A stretch of DNA of 39,036 nucleotides from a virus, in IMG/VR virus record IMGVR_UViG_3300045988_153924; one strand, given 5' to 3'. Within the stretch, counting starts at the first letter, position 1; every line of letters starts with the position of its first letter. The translations under genes and the position numbers were made by a program. The notes below the pieces were generated by a model. It was given only the letters and a program-made list of their open reading frames with translations. It did not search any database and had not been told where the DNA came from. Shown here one piece after another: positions 25,050-35,247 of the stretch.

Positions 25050-27488
25050 TTGCAGAATAAAAGTTCGATAGTTCTGAATATGAACCTTAATGCGAGTGGA
25101 TTTGCCCGAGGGATAAAAAGTGTAATCGGCAGTGTCAAAAATATGAATGAGTCGATGAAAGACGCAACGAACAGCGCCTCAAAGATGTCTTCTGTAATGA
25201 AAGGTATAGGGAGCAGTGCCATAAAAGTCGGAAAAGGTTTAGCGGTGGCAGGAGCGGCTGCGGCGACTGCCGTAACGGCTTTGGTTTCAAAGTCTGTCGG
25301 TGCATTTGCTGATTATGAACAACTTACGGGCGGTGTAGAAACGTTGTTCGGAGCAGGCGGAAGAAGTGTTGAGGAATATGCACAGAGTGTCGGTAAAAGT
25401 GTTTCTGATATTCAAGGGAAATACGACAGTTTGATGAGTGCGCAAAATGTTGTATTAGAAAATGCAAATAAGGCATATATGACTGCCGGAATGTCGGCGA
25501 ATGAATATATGGATACTGTTACGGGATTTTCAGCGTCATTAATATCAAGCTTAGGCGGAGATACAAACAAGGCGGCGGATTACGCAAATTCGGCATTGGT
25601 TGATATGTCCGATAATGCAAATAAAATGGGTACGGATATGGAGTCCATAAAAAATGCGTATCAGGGATTTGCAAAACAGAATTATACTATGCTTGACAAC
25701 TTGAAGTTAGGTTACGGCGGTACACAAGAGGAAATGAAACGACTTCTCAGTGACGCAGAAAAACTTACGGGACAGAGGTACGACATTTCATCATTTGCCG
25801 ATATTACACAGGCTATTCACGCAATTCAAACTCAAATGGATATTACCGGCACAACCGCAAAAGAGGCAAGCACGACAATAAGCGGATCGTGGGGGTCACT
25901 GAAAGCGGCATTTCAAAACGTGTTGGTGGGACTGACAACAGGCGGAGATATGTTTGACCAAAGTTTAGACGCATTGATTAATACAGCCGTAACATTCGGA
26001 CAGAATATTATACCCGCCATTAAAGGTGCTTTGAGTGGTGTCGGCTATTTAATTGAGGGGTTGGCACCGGTAATCGGCGAAACAATTCCACCGTTAATTA
26101 ATGACCTCGCTCCTACATTGGCAAACAGTGCCGTATCGCTTATATCGTCTTTGGTAAATGGTCTGACACAGAACGCAACGCAATTTTCAGAGTGCTTGAG
26201 CAATATGATTATTGTAGCGGTCGCCGGTATTTCAACCGTAGTGCCACAGTTATTAGATGCGGCATCAAAAATAGTCAGCAATTTAATGCAAGGATTAACT
26301 AATTCTATGCCTCAAATTGTGAACGGAGCAGTAACTTTGATAGAGGGGTTAGTCAATGGATTAGTGAACAACATACCATTGCTTATTATGGGAGCCGTTC
26401 AGCTTGTTGCGTCATTAGCTAACGGTTTGATAGCAAATTTACCGAGAATAATAGATGCAGGTGTAAATCTGATAACAGGAATTGTTAGCGCGTCATATTC
26501 GATGATGCCCCAAATTATACAAAACGGAATGCAGTTGGTCGTAAACTTAGCAGTCGGACTTGTACGGGCAATTCCGCAGTTGATAGCGGCTTTACCGCGA
26601 ATAACGGGTGCAATCGTAAAAGGATTTAAGTCTGTTAATTGGTTTGATTTGGGTTTGCAGTTGATAAAGTCAATTTGGGAAGGTATCAAATCAATCGGAA
26701 GCGAGATGTGGAACGGAGTCAAAGAAAAAACGTCAGAATTATGGGGCGGTGTTAAAAATGTTGTATCGGAAAAACTGAACAACATAAAAAGTGCCTATGA
26801 CGCGCACGGCGGTGGACTGAAAGGTGCTACATTTGCGGCAATAGAGGGTGTCAAGGAATACTACAGGACAGGCTATGACGCAATTAATCAATTAACAGGC
26901 GGTAAGCTCGGCGAGGTTGTCAATGCAGTCGGTGAAAAGATGGAAGTCGTAAAAGGTAAATTCAGCGAAGCGTTTGGCAATGTGAAAAACACCGTAATGA
27001 CTATTTTTGAAAACATTAAAAATGGTATTACTGAAAAAATCAGTGCGGCGGTGAACAAAGTCAAGGAGATATTCGGCAGTATTGCCGACAAGGTATCGGA
27101 AGTTTGGGGTAAGATTAAAGGAATTATCAAAGCGCCTAAGATTGTACAAAAAGGTACGGTAAGTATAGCCGGTGTCAGTACACCGATTCCGAAACTTGGA
27201 CTTGAATGGAATGCAAAAGGCGGTATTATGACACGTCCGACAGCGTTCGGATATGCAAACGGAAAAGTTCAAATGGGCGGAGAGGCAGGAGCAGAGGCGA
27301 TACTTCCGCTTAGAACATTTTGGAACAATTTAAGTCAATACATAGCCGAAAGCAACAAAGGCGGCAATACTATAACGAATGAAATTAAGATAGTTATAAA
27401 CGCCGACAACAAAACCACCGATGAAATCGCCGACGACGTTATAAACGTAATAGTTCCTAAAATTCAAAAATGTATGGCAAATATGTAG
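25050..27488 (+). CDS. Tape measure protein
   Basis: 812 aa, Ala/Gly-rich helical repeats; TTG start with a GGGGGTG RBS. Confidence 0.85.
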   Translation: MQNKSSIVLNMNLNASGFARGIKSVIGSVKNMNESMKDATNSASKMSSVMKGIGSSAIKVGKGLAVAGAAAATAVTALVSKSVGAFADYEQLTGGVETLFGAGGRSVEEYAQSVGKSVSDIQGKYDSLMSAQNVVLENANKAYMTAGMSANEYMDTVTGFSASLISSLGGDTNKAADYANSALVDMSDNANKMGTDMESIKNAYQGFAKQNYTMLDNLKLGYGGTQEEMKRLLSDAEKLTGQRYDISSFADITQAIHAIQTQMDITGTTAKEASTTISGSWGSLKAAFQNVLVGLTTGGDMFDQSLDALINTAVTFGQNIIPAIKGALSGVGYLIEGLAPVIGETIPPLINDLAPTLANSAVSLISSLVNGLTQNATQFSECLSNMIIVAVAGISTVVPQLLDAASKIVSNLMQGLTNSMPQIVNGAVTLIEGLVNGLVNNIPLLIMGAVQLVASLANGLIANLPRIIDAGVNLITGIVSASYSMMPQIIQNGMQLVVNLAVGLVRAIPQLIAALPRITGAIVKGFKSVNWFDLGLQLIKSIWEGIKSIGSEMWNGVKEKTSELWGGVKNVVSEKLNNIKSAYDAHGGGLKGATFAAIEGVKEYYRTGYDAINQLTGGKLGEVVNAVGEKMEVVKGKFSEAFGNVKNTVMTIFENIKNGITEKISAAVNKVKEIFGSIADKVSEVWGKIKGIIKAPKIVQKGTVSIAGVSTPIPKLGLEWNAKGGIMTRPTAFGYANGKVQMGGEAGAEAILPLRTFWNNLSQYIAESNKGGNTITNEIKIVINADNKTTDEIADDVINVIVPKIQKCMANM

Positions 27489-27496
27489 GAGGCAAA

Positions 27497-28330
27497 ATGT
27501 TAGATTTCTATTTAAGTATAAACAACAGTGAAGAAGTTATACATATTCCTGTCACGCCGTCCGAATTTACCGTATCAAGTTCACAAGGTACGGAAACTTT
27601 TGAAACGGCAAATTACGGTTGGATAAAAATTATCGGAAATCCCGAACTTAAAACTGTATCGTGGAGCAGTTTCTTACCGATGACCGACTATCCGTATTTA
27701 AGGGACAGAAGTATGAAAGGACAGGAATATGCGGACAAAATCGAAAACTGGCGTAAGCGTAAACTTCCGATACGGCTTGTCATTACGTCTTCGGGTATCT
27801 GCAATGTAGATATAAATATAGCGGCGGCAATAGATAAGTTTGATTACAGTGTCGGCACAGGCGGCGACTTAAATTATTCAATCGAACTCGGCGAGGTTAA
27901 TCTTTTAAACGATGAACAGGAGGGACTGACAGTGGCACAGTATGATGAAATAATGGCAAGAATTGATAATATAGAAGAAAGGCTTAGCAGTGTTGAAAAC
28001 ACAATGATATATAACTATATGGACGATAATATGCCGTCTTGGGCTAAACCGACTATTCAAAAGCTGATGGACAGAGGTATTATAAGCGGTACAGACGATA
28101 ATGAACTCGGTCTTACAATGGATATTATTCGTACACTTGTTATTATTGACAAAACAGACGGATTTGAAAATTATACGGTTGACATTATGCCGTCATGGGC
28201 AGAGGCGACTATTGAAAAGGTAAAAAGAAAAGGCTATCTAAACGGTGACGGCGAGGACGGATACGGTTTGACAAAGAGTATGATACGTTTGCTTGTTATT
28301 ATGGATAATGCCGGTTGTTTCGGTGATTAA
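27497..28330 (+). CDS. Tail protein (XkdP-position) with two C-terminal SLH-like cell-wall-binding repeats
   Basis: MPSWAKPTIQKLMDRGIISG... and MPSWAEATIEKVKRKGYLNG... resemble the SLH motif; the same module is present in the endolysin. Confidence 0.65.
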   Translation: MLDFYLSINNSEEVIHIPVTPSEFTVSSSQGTETFETANYGWIKIIGNPELKTVSWSSFLPMTDYPYLRDRSMKGQEYADKIENWRKRKLPIRLVITSSGICNVDINIAAAIDKFDYSVGTGGDLNYSIELGEVNLLNDEQEGLTVAQYDEIMARIDNIEERLSSVENTMIYNYMDDNMPSWAKPTIQKLMDRGIISGTDDNELGLTMDIIRTLVIIDKTDGFENYTVDIMPSWAEATIEKVKRKGYLNGDGEDGYGLTKSMIRLLVIMDNAGCFGD

Positions 28331-28337
28331 AAAACTA

Positions 28338-28365
28338 TTGAAATATTTTCCTTTTGTGATATAAT
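28338..28365 (+). promoter_or_regulatory. Strong sigma70-like promoter (-35 TTGAAA, 16-nt spacer, extended -10 TGaTATAAT) internal to the tail module
   Basis: Read directly from the sequence. Confidence 0.55.
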
Positions 28366-28382
28366 AAAACAAAAGGGAGGTT

Positions 28383-29129
28383 ATGAATATGAAGAAATAT
28401 ATAGCAGGTATTGCAACAGGTGTGATTTTATCATGCTCGGTAGCTTTGGCAGTAAATTATACTGCGACAGAGAATACGTTTCCTATTCAATTAAACGGCG
28501 AAAACGTTAATGTAGAGGGATATAATATTGACGGCAGTACATATTTTAAACTTCGTGATATAGCTGATACGGTAGGCGGTTTCAATGTTGATTTTAACAA
28601 CAATACTATTCAGCTTTCAAAAGACGGATATGTATATGAAACAAAACCGAGTAAAAATGATTTTGTTTTAGACGATAATGCAAAATCGTTTCTTGCGAAG
28701 CAAGGTTATGTGATACCGTATTTTACTCAGAACGATTTAAAAAGTGAAGATTTTGTAAAGAGCTTTATCTTCTATTATTACACAGAGGGTTATGGCGCGG
28801 ATATGTCCACTCAATATAAAAACGGATATTTTGAATGGTCTGAAAATTCCGTAAGAGATACTTATAAATCGCTTTTCGGAGTAGATATGCCTGAATATCA
28901 TCCGACCGATAACAGCAGTGTTTTATATGAAAACGGTAATTATAAAATCAGTGTTTCAAATCGTGGAGATGGCAGATATGAATTTATAAGTGCCGAGAAT
29001 GTCAATGACGGAATGAATGTAATGTTTAAAGAAACCGATTCAACAGGAACAGACTTCGGAACAGTTACATTCCACCTTGTTCCGGCAGATAACTCAAACG
29101 GATATATAATAACCCAAAAAACAAATTAA
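28383..29129 (+). CDS. Secreted protein with a signal peptide and a copper-amine-oxidase-N-terminal-like domain; a moron inside the tail gene cluster
   Basis: MNMKKYIAGIATGVILSCSVALA signal peptide; the FPIQLNGENVNVEGYNIDGSTYFKLRDIA pattern; its own promoter and terminator. Confidence 0.65.
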   Translation: MNMKKYIAGIATGVILSCSVALAVNYTATENTFPIQLNGENVNVEGYNIDGSTYFKLRDIADTVGGFNVDFNNNTIQLSKDGYVYETKPSKNDFVLDDNAKSFLAKQGYVIPYFTQNDLKSEDFVKSFIFYYYTEGYGADMSTQYKNGYFEWSENSVRDTYKSLFGVDMPEYHPTDNSSVLYENGNYKISVSNRGDGRYEFISAENVNDGMNVMFKETDSTGTDFGTVTFHLVPADNSNGYIITQKTN

Positions 29130-29146
29130 TTTTAACTATGGCTTAA

Positions 29147-29176
29147 AAAGTACATCGGATACGGTGTACTTTTTTT
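29147..29176 (+). terminator. Rho-independent terminator (stem AAAGTACA/TGTACTTT followed by a T-run)
   Basis: Read directly from the sequence. Confidence 0.65.
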
Positions 29177-29198
29177 GTACGCAAAAATGGAGGTATAT

Positions 29199-31124
29199 AT
29201 GGGTGTAATTGATAATGCAGTTCAATGGGCGACAGATATTGCAAATGACGACAGTCATTGGTACAGTCAAGACGTGAGATGGGGACCGCATTATGATTGT
29301 TCTTCTTTTGTTATAACGGCATATCAAAATGCGGGAGTGCCTGTAAAAGATAATGGTGCTACATATACGGGGGATATGTATAACGTTTTTATTTCGTGTG
29401 GATTTAAAGACGTAACATCGTCCTGTAATCTGTCAAACGGAGCAGGTATGTTAAAAGGTGATGTGCTTTTAAATAAAGCAGACCATACCGCTTTGGTACA
29501 GGCAGACGGCGGAACAACCGTTGAGGCAAGAGGAACATCATTCGGTATTGTTACCAACGTGCCTTACAGAAATTATCCGTGGGATTGTGTACTCAGATAT
29601 ACCAAAGACGGAGGCGGTTATATTGCAAACTGGGTTGAGAGAGAAATACCGAACATCGGAAAGTCGCTCGCAACTAAATCATATATGGCATACCAAACAT
29701 ATACGAACAGTCAAGCAAGCGGATATAAATACTTGTGGGGCAGTGACAGCAGTACGTCAAATGGCGGATTGCGAAAGTACAAAGATTTTATTTGTATGGC
29801 ACTCGGTTCGTATTACGGACCGGACGGCACGTTTGTTAAGATTGAATTTGACGACGGTAAAGTGATATACGCAGTCAAAGGTGACGAAAAGAAAGATAGC
29901 GAAACCGACAGCCGACATATGTATCACACAGGCAGTGACGCAAATATGACGGAGTTTATCATTGACGGAAATGTTGTGATAGGCAATGAAAAATTCACAT
30001 CTGCATTAGAGGCTGAAGGGATTAACCGCTCTGCCCGTGTTGTGAGAATTTGGACAAGCGATACAGAGCCGACATACGGAAGTACAGGAAGTACATCCGG
30101 TGAAAAAGAATATCATTTTGCGGATACCAACGAAAAAATACCTATCCACAATTCGATTTTCAAACAAGCACCTATGCTGTTAGACGGTGCTTTGAAAGTA
30201 GTGGTAAATGATACAGACGTATCAAAGCATATAGGAGATATATCGTGGACAAATACAAAAAATACACTTGCGACAACGATGTCTTTCAGCACTCCGAAAC
30301 CTAAAGAAATGAAGTATATGAATATATACATACCAAAAATGGGCGATATTATGAGGTACAGCGGAGGAGATAAAGAAGATTTCAGAGGTGTAATAATCGA
30401 GGTTGACGACGGAGCAATGTATGAAAACAAATATACTGCCGTTGATGTAGGGTGGTATCTGAACAAAACCACCGACACATATCAGTTTACATCTATGCGA
30501 GCCGATGACTGCATAAAGAAAATATGCAACGATTTATACATTCCGATTGTGCTTATTCCCGAATTGAGTACGCTTATAACGCAAATATATATTGACAAGC
30601 CTGTATCGGACGTTATCAAGGATATTCTTGATAAGTGCGGAAACGGGTATAACTTTGACTTTGTACCCGACGGTATGCGTATATATTTGTGCAGTGATAT
30701 GTCGGTCGAGCCGAAGTTTAGAATATCGCCGAATACCGAACTCAAAAACTCAGTACAGTATATGGGTAATATTGAGCATAAAGGCAGTATTGAGAATATG
30801 AAGAACAGTGTTAAGGTGATAACCGATACGGACGTTATGACTACTCTGAAAGCCGAGGAGAGTATATCAAAATACGGCTTTCTGCAAGAAGTGGTAAAAA
30901 TGAATGACGGAGATAATGCGTCGGACTTGGCAAAGAAAAATCTTGGCGAGCTGAATAAGGAAGATGAAACGTATTCCGGTGAAATAATAGAGGAGCTGAC
31001 AAGCTATACACGAGCCGGAAGTACGATAGAAAAAGACGGTGTTAAATATGTGATTACAAGCAGTCAGCACAGTATAAAAAACGGTGTTCACTACAATAAA
31101 ATTGATATGGAGAGATTAGTATGA
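29199..31124 (+). CDS. Tail-associated peptidoglycan hydrolase (NlpC/P60-like Cys/His peptidase N-domain) fused to an XkdQ-like baseplate hub region
   Basis: N-terminal Cys...His arrangement (DCSSFV...ADHTALV); GGAGGT RBS. Confidence 0.65.
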   Translation: MGVIDNAVQWATDIANDDSHWYSQDVRWGPHYDCSSFVITAYQNAGVPVKDNGATYTGDMYNVFISCGFKDVTSSCNLSNGAGMLKGDVLLNKADHTALVQADGGTTVEARGTSFGIVTNVPYRNYPWDCVLRYTKDGGGYIANWVEREIPNIGKSLATKSYMAYQTYTNSQASGYKYLWGSDSSTSNGGLRKYKDFICMALGSYYGPDGTFVKIEFDDGKVIYAVKGDEKKDSETDSRHMYHTGSDANMTEFIIDGNVVIGNEKFTSALEAEGINRSARVVRIWTSDTEPTYGSTGSTSGEKEYHFADTNEKIPIHNSIFKQAPMLLDGALKVVVNDTDVSKHIGDISWTNTKNTLATTMSFSTPKPKEMKYMNIYIPKMGDIMRYSGGDKEDFRGVIIEVDDGAMYENKYTAVDVGWYLNKTTDTYQFTSMRADDCIKKICNDLYIPIVLIPELSTLITQIYIDKPVSDVIKDILDKCGNGYNFDFVPDGMRIYLCSDMSVEPKFRISPNTELKNSVQYMGNIEHKGSIENMKNSVKVITDTDVMTTLKAEESISKYGFLQEVVKMNDGDNASDLAKKNLGELNKEDETYSGEIIEELTSYTRAGSTIEKDGVKYVITSSQHSIKNGVHYNKIDMERLV

Positions 31125-31396
31125 AAAACGGAGTCGAAACACTTGCAAAGATGTTTAAGGACCGTGAAAACGCAACGAGTGATTTTGTCGTATTCGGTAA
31201 AATAATTGAGCTACCGAACCTTAAAATACAATTCACCTCTAAAATAATTCTGACTAAGGACCATATAAAAAGTCTTATTGATTTATACAAACAGGATATT
31301 GACGGACGATATGTTTATAAAGGCAGAGAAGTTGCAATGATTCCGTACAGAGGCAATAACAGATATTTGGTGTTGGGGGTGACGGAGAATGGCTGA
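31121..31396 (+). CDS. XkdR-like small baseplate protein (DUF2577-like)
   Basis: Synteny and size. Confidence 0.5.
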   Translation: MKNGVETLAKMFKDRENATSDFVVFGKIIELPNLKIQFTSKIILTKDHIKSLIDLYKQDIDGRYVYKGREVAMIPYRGNNRYLVLGVTENG

Positions 31397-31775
31397 TTAC
31401 ACAAAAACAGAACCTGCATTTGATTTTCAAAAGGGCGATTTTATTATTATAAACGGTCGTCCGAAAATGACGGTCGGCAGGGAACGTATAAAAAATTGGG
31501 TGCAAAAAATACTCAATACGCAAAAGGGCAGATATAAAATTTATAACGGTACAGGATACGGTATAAATATAGAAGATACTTTTGTCGGAAAGAATTACAA
31601 TCGTGACTACATCCGTTCGGAAGTCAAGCGCGAGATAACCGAAATGCTTACCGCAAATGAAGATATAGTGAGTATTGATAACTTTAATATGGAAGTAGAC
31701 GGCTCACTGCTTACAGTATCTTTTACCGTAAACAGCGTGTACGGCGATATAAATGACGTTAAGGGGGCGATATAA
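31389..31775 (+). CDS. XkdS-like baseplate protein (DUF2634-like)
   Basis: Synteny. Confidence 0.55.
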   Translation: MADYTKTEPAFDFQKGDFIIINGRPKMTVGRERIKNWVQKILNTQKGRYKIYNGTGYGINIEDTFVGKNYNRDYIRSEVKREITEMLTANEDIVSIDNFNMEVDGSLLTVSFTVNSVYGDINDVKGAI

Positions 31776-32800
31776 TGGCTGAAACTATTGATACAATACT
31801 TGAACGTATGCTTTTGCAGATACCGTCAAGATATGATACGTCATCGGGAACTTATACATACGATATAGAAAAATCAACGGCAACGGAGTTTGAGAATGTT
31901 TATGATATTATATCATCTCTTGACTCCTATTTTTATGCGTCAACCGCTACGGGTAAGTATCTTGATATGCGTGTAGGCGAGTTCGGATTGGAACGCAAAG
32001 AGGCAAGCTATGCAACAGGATATGTGACTGTAAGCGGTAACGTCGGAGCAAAAGTGTCTGTCGGTGAAAAGGTGGCGGCGGGTAATGTTATATTTAATAT
32101 AACCGAAAATGCGATTATACCAAACGGCGGAAGTGTAACGGTACGAATTGTGTGTGACAGTGCCGGAGTAAAAGGCAATGTTGAAAAAGGGAAAATAAAC
32201 AGATTTCCGGTTACGATTCAAGGACTTGTATCCGTAACAAATGAAATTTCAACCACAGGAGGCAGTGACAAAGAAAGTGATGTTGAACTGCGAAAGCGTT
32301 TTACCGAATATGTTTCGCATCCTATAACAAGCGGGAATAAGTGGCAGTATATCTCTTGGGCAAAATCAGTTGACGGAGTGGGTGACGCAAAATGCTTGCC
32401 GTTGTGGAACGGGGCGGGAACGGTTAAAGTGATAATCGTTGACAGCGAAAAACAACTTGCGGGAAGTGAGCTTATAAATAAGGTACAGAGTTATATAGAT
32501 GAACAATGCCCAATAGGTGCAGATGTAACAGTTACAACTGCAACGACAGTAAGTATAAATGTTACGTTTTCGGCAGATGTGGACGAAAGTACAATTGAAA
32601 GTATTAAAGCGAATATCAGAAATTATTTGCGTGATGTGTCTTTTGCAAACGGATATGTGTCGTATGCAAAAATAGGTCAAACCATATTGAATACAGACGG
32701 TGTTGACGATTATTCAAATTTGAAAATCAATTCAAAAACAGAAAATATCGCAATATCCGAAACTGAAATCGCTGTCCTTGGGGGTGTTACCGTTGGCTGA
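31775..32800 (+). CDS. Baseplate J-like protein (XkdT-like)
   Basis: Size and sequence pattern. Confidence 0.75.
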   Translation: MAETIDTILERMLLQIPSRYDTSSGTYTYDIEKSTATEFENVYDIISSLDSYFYASTATGKYLDMRVGEFGLERKEASYATGYVTVSGNVGAKVSVGEKVAAGNVIFNITENAIIPNGGSVTVRIVCDSAGVKGNVEKGKINRFPVTIQGLVSVTNEISTTGGSDKESDVELRKRFTEYVSHPITSGNKWQYISWAKSVDGVGDAKCLPLWNGAGTVKVIIVDSEKQLAGSELINKVQSYIDEQCPIGADVTVTTATTVSINVTFSADVDESTIESIKANIRNYLRDVSFANGYVSYAKIGQTILNTDGVDDYSNLKINSKTENIAISETEIAVLGGVTVG

Positions 32801-33332
32801 TGTAGGACAGAATTTACCGTCGTACTATAAAAAGTCACGGTATATAAAAGCATTAAATACACCCGTCAATGCGGAATTTGAACGTTTGTATGAGTTGATA
32901 GAAATGTTTATGAAAAACAGATTTATTGACAGTGCCGATGAAGATGCCGTAAGAGAATATGAAAAAAGTTTGGGTATATCAGAAATCGGCAATACCCTTG
33001 AGGCACGAAAGAGCCTTATTAAAATAAGAATGAGAGGGTCGCAAACCTCAACAAAGGCGAATTTGCGGGCGGTAATTGAGAGTTACGGTGTATTGGTTGA
33101 TATAACCGAAGATATTAAGAATTACAGTTTTACGGTGATTTTTCATCAACCGAATGTGCCGGAAAGTGTGATTAAGAATATTATCGAGGATCTGAAACCG
33201 GCACATTTGTCGGTATTATATGCGTATGAATATAGCGGAACATTTGAATTTGCCGACCACGAAAATGACTATAACATTGAAACAGGATTTGCCGATGGTA
33301 ACGGTCACGGCGGTTACTTAGGAAATATTTAA
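32778..33332 (+). CDS. XkdU-like tail protein (DUF2313-like); the start is uncertain (TTG/GTG at 32778..32793)
   Basis: LPSYYKKSRYIKAL region; synteny. Confidence 0.55.
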   Translation: MGVLPLADVGQNLPSYYKKSRYIKALNTPVNAEFERLYELIEMFMKNRFIDSADEDAVREYEKSLGISEIGNTLEARKSLIKIRMRGSQTSTKANLRAVIESYGVLVDITEDIKNYSFTVIFHQPNVPESVIKNIIEDLKPAHLSVLYAYEYSGTFEFADHENDYNIETGFADGNGHGGYLGNI

Positions 33333-33349
33333 GAGGGGAGAATAAATGT

Positions 33350-35233
33350 ATGAATTTTAATAATAGTTTGCCTGAATGGAAGAATACAGGCACCGAGCCG
33401 AGCGATAGTCTGAAAAATGACGGATTTAAAGCCGGATATAAACCGTCGGCAAATGTTTTTAATTGGTTTTGGAGTTTGGTAAGTAAGTGCATTACTGAAA
33501 TTCAGTCAAAACTGTCAAACGAAGAAACCGCAAGAACAGAGGCGGATAAGAATTTGCAACAACCGACATTTACAGAGGCAAGCACACGAGTAAATATAGC
33601 GAGTGGTGAAACGCTAAGCACATTGTTCGGAAAAATAAAGAAATTCTTTACCGATTTAAAAACGGTAGCGTTTACAGGTTCATATTCTGACCTATCCAAC
33701 AAACCAACGTCAATGCAAAATCCGAATTCATTGACACTGACAATGAACGGCTCAGCAACGAGCTATAACGGTTCGGCAACGGCAAGCAAGTCGTGGTATG
33801 CGCCGACAAGTGCGGGAACGACCGGATATAATTTAATCAGCAACGGAAGCGGTGCTCCGATATGGCAACAACCGCCTTATGCAGTATGCCCCGACAGTCC
33901 ATCAATAAGCGATAGAAGATTGAGCATTACTAATTTTAAACTACTAACAGGAGTGAGGGTTTTAGTAAGGTTTACTTATCCTTTCGCCGGAACACAAGGT
34001 AAAGTTACGCTAAATGTAAATTCAACAGGAGCAAAAGAAGTAAAGCTATTACGAGCAGACGGTTCATATGATGCTATAACTCAATACAATTCTTGGTCGA
34101 CGAATGAAATTGTTGAATTTGTGTATGATGGTACATACTGGGTAGCACTATCATCTGATAAGCAGTTTGTTTCAGGTAAGCCATCTGTTATAACAGTCGG
34201 TTCATCGACGGTGACAAGGTACTGTGACTTTAAATGTTCGGGAACAGATGACGATATAGTTATTCAAAAAGCAATGGACTCTTTAACAGACGGGGGAAAA
34301 ATTATCCTTTTAGAGGGGACATATAATTTGTCGAGCAGACTTCTGCAAAAGAAGAATGTTGTAATTGAGGGACAAGGTAGGGGTATTACTAAAGTCAACA
34401 CAAGTTATATTTTTCTTATATCAAACCTTGTGGGTACAAGTCCAACATTACATCTTACAAATATGGATATAAATTTTTTATCCACAAGTAATATTAGTCC
34501 TAATGCAGGTGCTTTTAACGATTATGACGTACTGCAAATTGATAATTGTTCAATCAGTTATGCAAACACAATGCACAACACAGATTCAATATTCTTTAAT
34601 TGTAAAGTGAAGTTAAAGAATAGTAGAATATCTGTAACATTGCCTGCAAAACGCTATGATAACAGCCATCCTTGTTGGTGGATATTTAGAGATTGTACTG
34701 CCGAAATTATTGACACAGATATAATATTTCCTACAACAAGTAATAACACACTTAGCAATGGTGTTTTTTACAGGTGTGAGGGTAGTATGGTTGGCGGTTT
34801 TATAAAGCATATAGGCACAACTGTTAGTAGCAATCATAGCTATATTGAGGACGACTCTACAATGAATATTATTGGCACACAAATTGAATGTAGGCGATTT
34901 AGTCAATCAGAAACGACAACAGGAAACTTTAACAGTCTTGCTAACTGCCGAATTAAGATACTTCAAGCAGAAGGCTATTTTAGTGCATCTCATATTAACC
35001 ATTGTGACTTGTATATATCGGCGTCAGTGATTTTCTGTGCTTATTGTATGGCATCTAACTGTAAGTTATGGTTTTCGGCGGCGAGTTTGGCTACATTGAA
35101 AAATTATTGTTTCTTTGAGGCTTGCTATACAAATCAATCAACTTGGATAGGCACAAATGGTACGGGCACGTCAACAACAGATACTAAGACAGTTTCGGGA
35201 ATGGCAGCACCGTCATTTAGAAGCGTAAGTTAA
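33350..35233 (+). CDS. Tail fibre / receptor-binding protein: conserved XkdV-like N-terminus plus an AT-rich, cysteine-rich C-terminal beta-helix-like domain
   Basis: LPEWKNTGTEPSDSLKNDGFKAGYKPSANVFNWFW at the N-terminus; repeated NxS/T- and Cys-rich segments in the C-terminal region. Confidence 0.7.
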   Translation: MNFNNSLPEWKNTGTEPSDSLKNDGFKAGYKPSANVFNWFWSLVSKCITEIQSKLSNEETARTEADKNLQQPTFTEASTRVNIASGETLSTLFGKIKKFFTDLKTVAFTGSYSDLSNKPTSMQNPNSLTLTMNGSATSYNGSATASKSWYAPTSAGTTGYNLISNGSGAPIWQQPPYAVCPDSPSISDRRLSITNFKLLTGVRVLVRFTYPFAGTQGKVTLNVNSTGAKEVKLLRADGSYDAITQYNSWSTNEIVEFVYDGTYWVALSSDKQFVSGKPSVITVGSSTVTRYCDFKCSGTDDDIVIQKAMDSLTDGGKIILLEGTYNLSSRLLQKKNVVIEGQGRGITKVNTSYIFLISNLVGTSPTLHLTNMDINFLSTSNISPNAGAFNDYDVLQIDNCSISYANTMHNTDSIFFNCKVKLKNSRISVTLPAKRYDNSHPCWWIFRDCTAEIIDTDIIFPTTSNNTLSNGVFYRCEGSMVGGFIKHIGTTVSSNHSYIEDDSTMNIIGTQIECRRFSQSETTTGNFNSLANCRIKILQAEGYFSASHINHCDLYISASVIFCAYCMASNCKLWFSAASLATLKNYCFFEACYTNQSTWIGTNGTGTSTTDTKTVSGMAAPSFRSVS

Positions 35234-35247
35234 TATGGAGGAAGACT

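Noticed and set aside
26399-27272. Minus-strand ORFs within the tape measure gene
   Set aside because: Shadow frames of a long repetitive gene.
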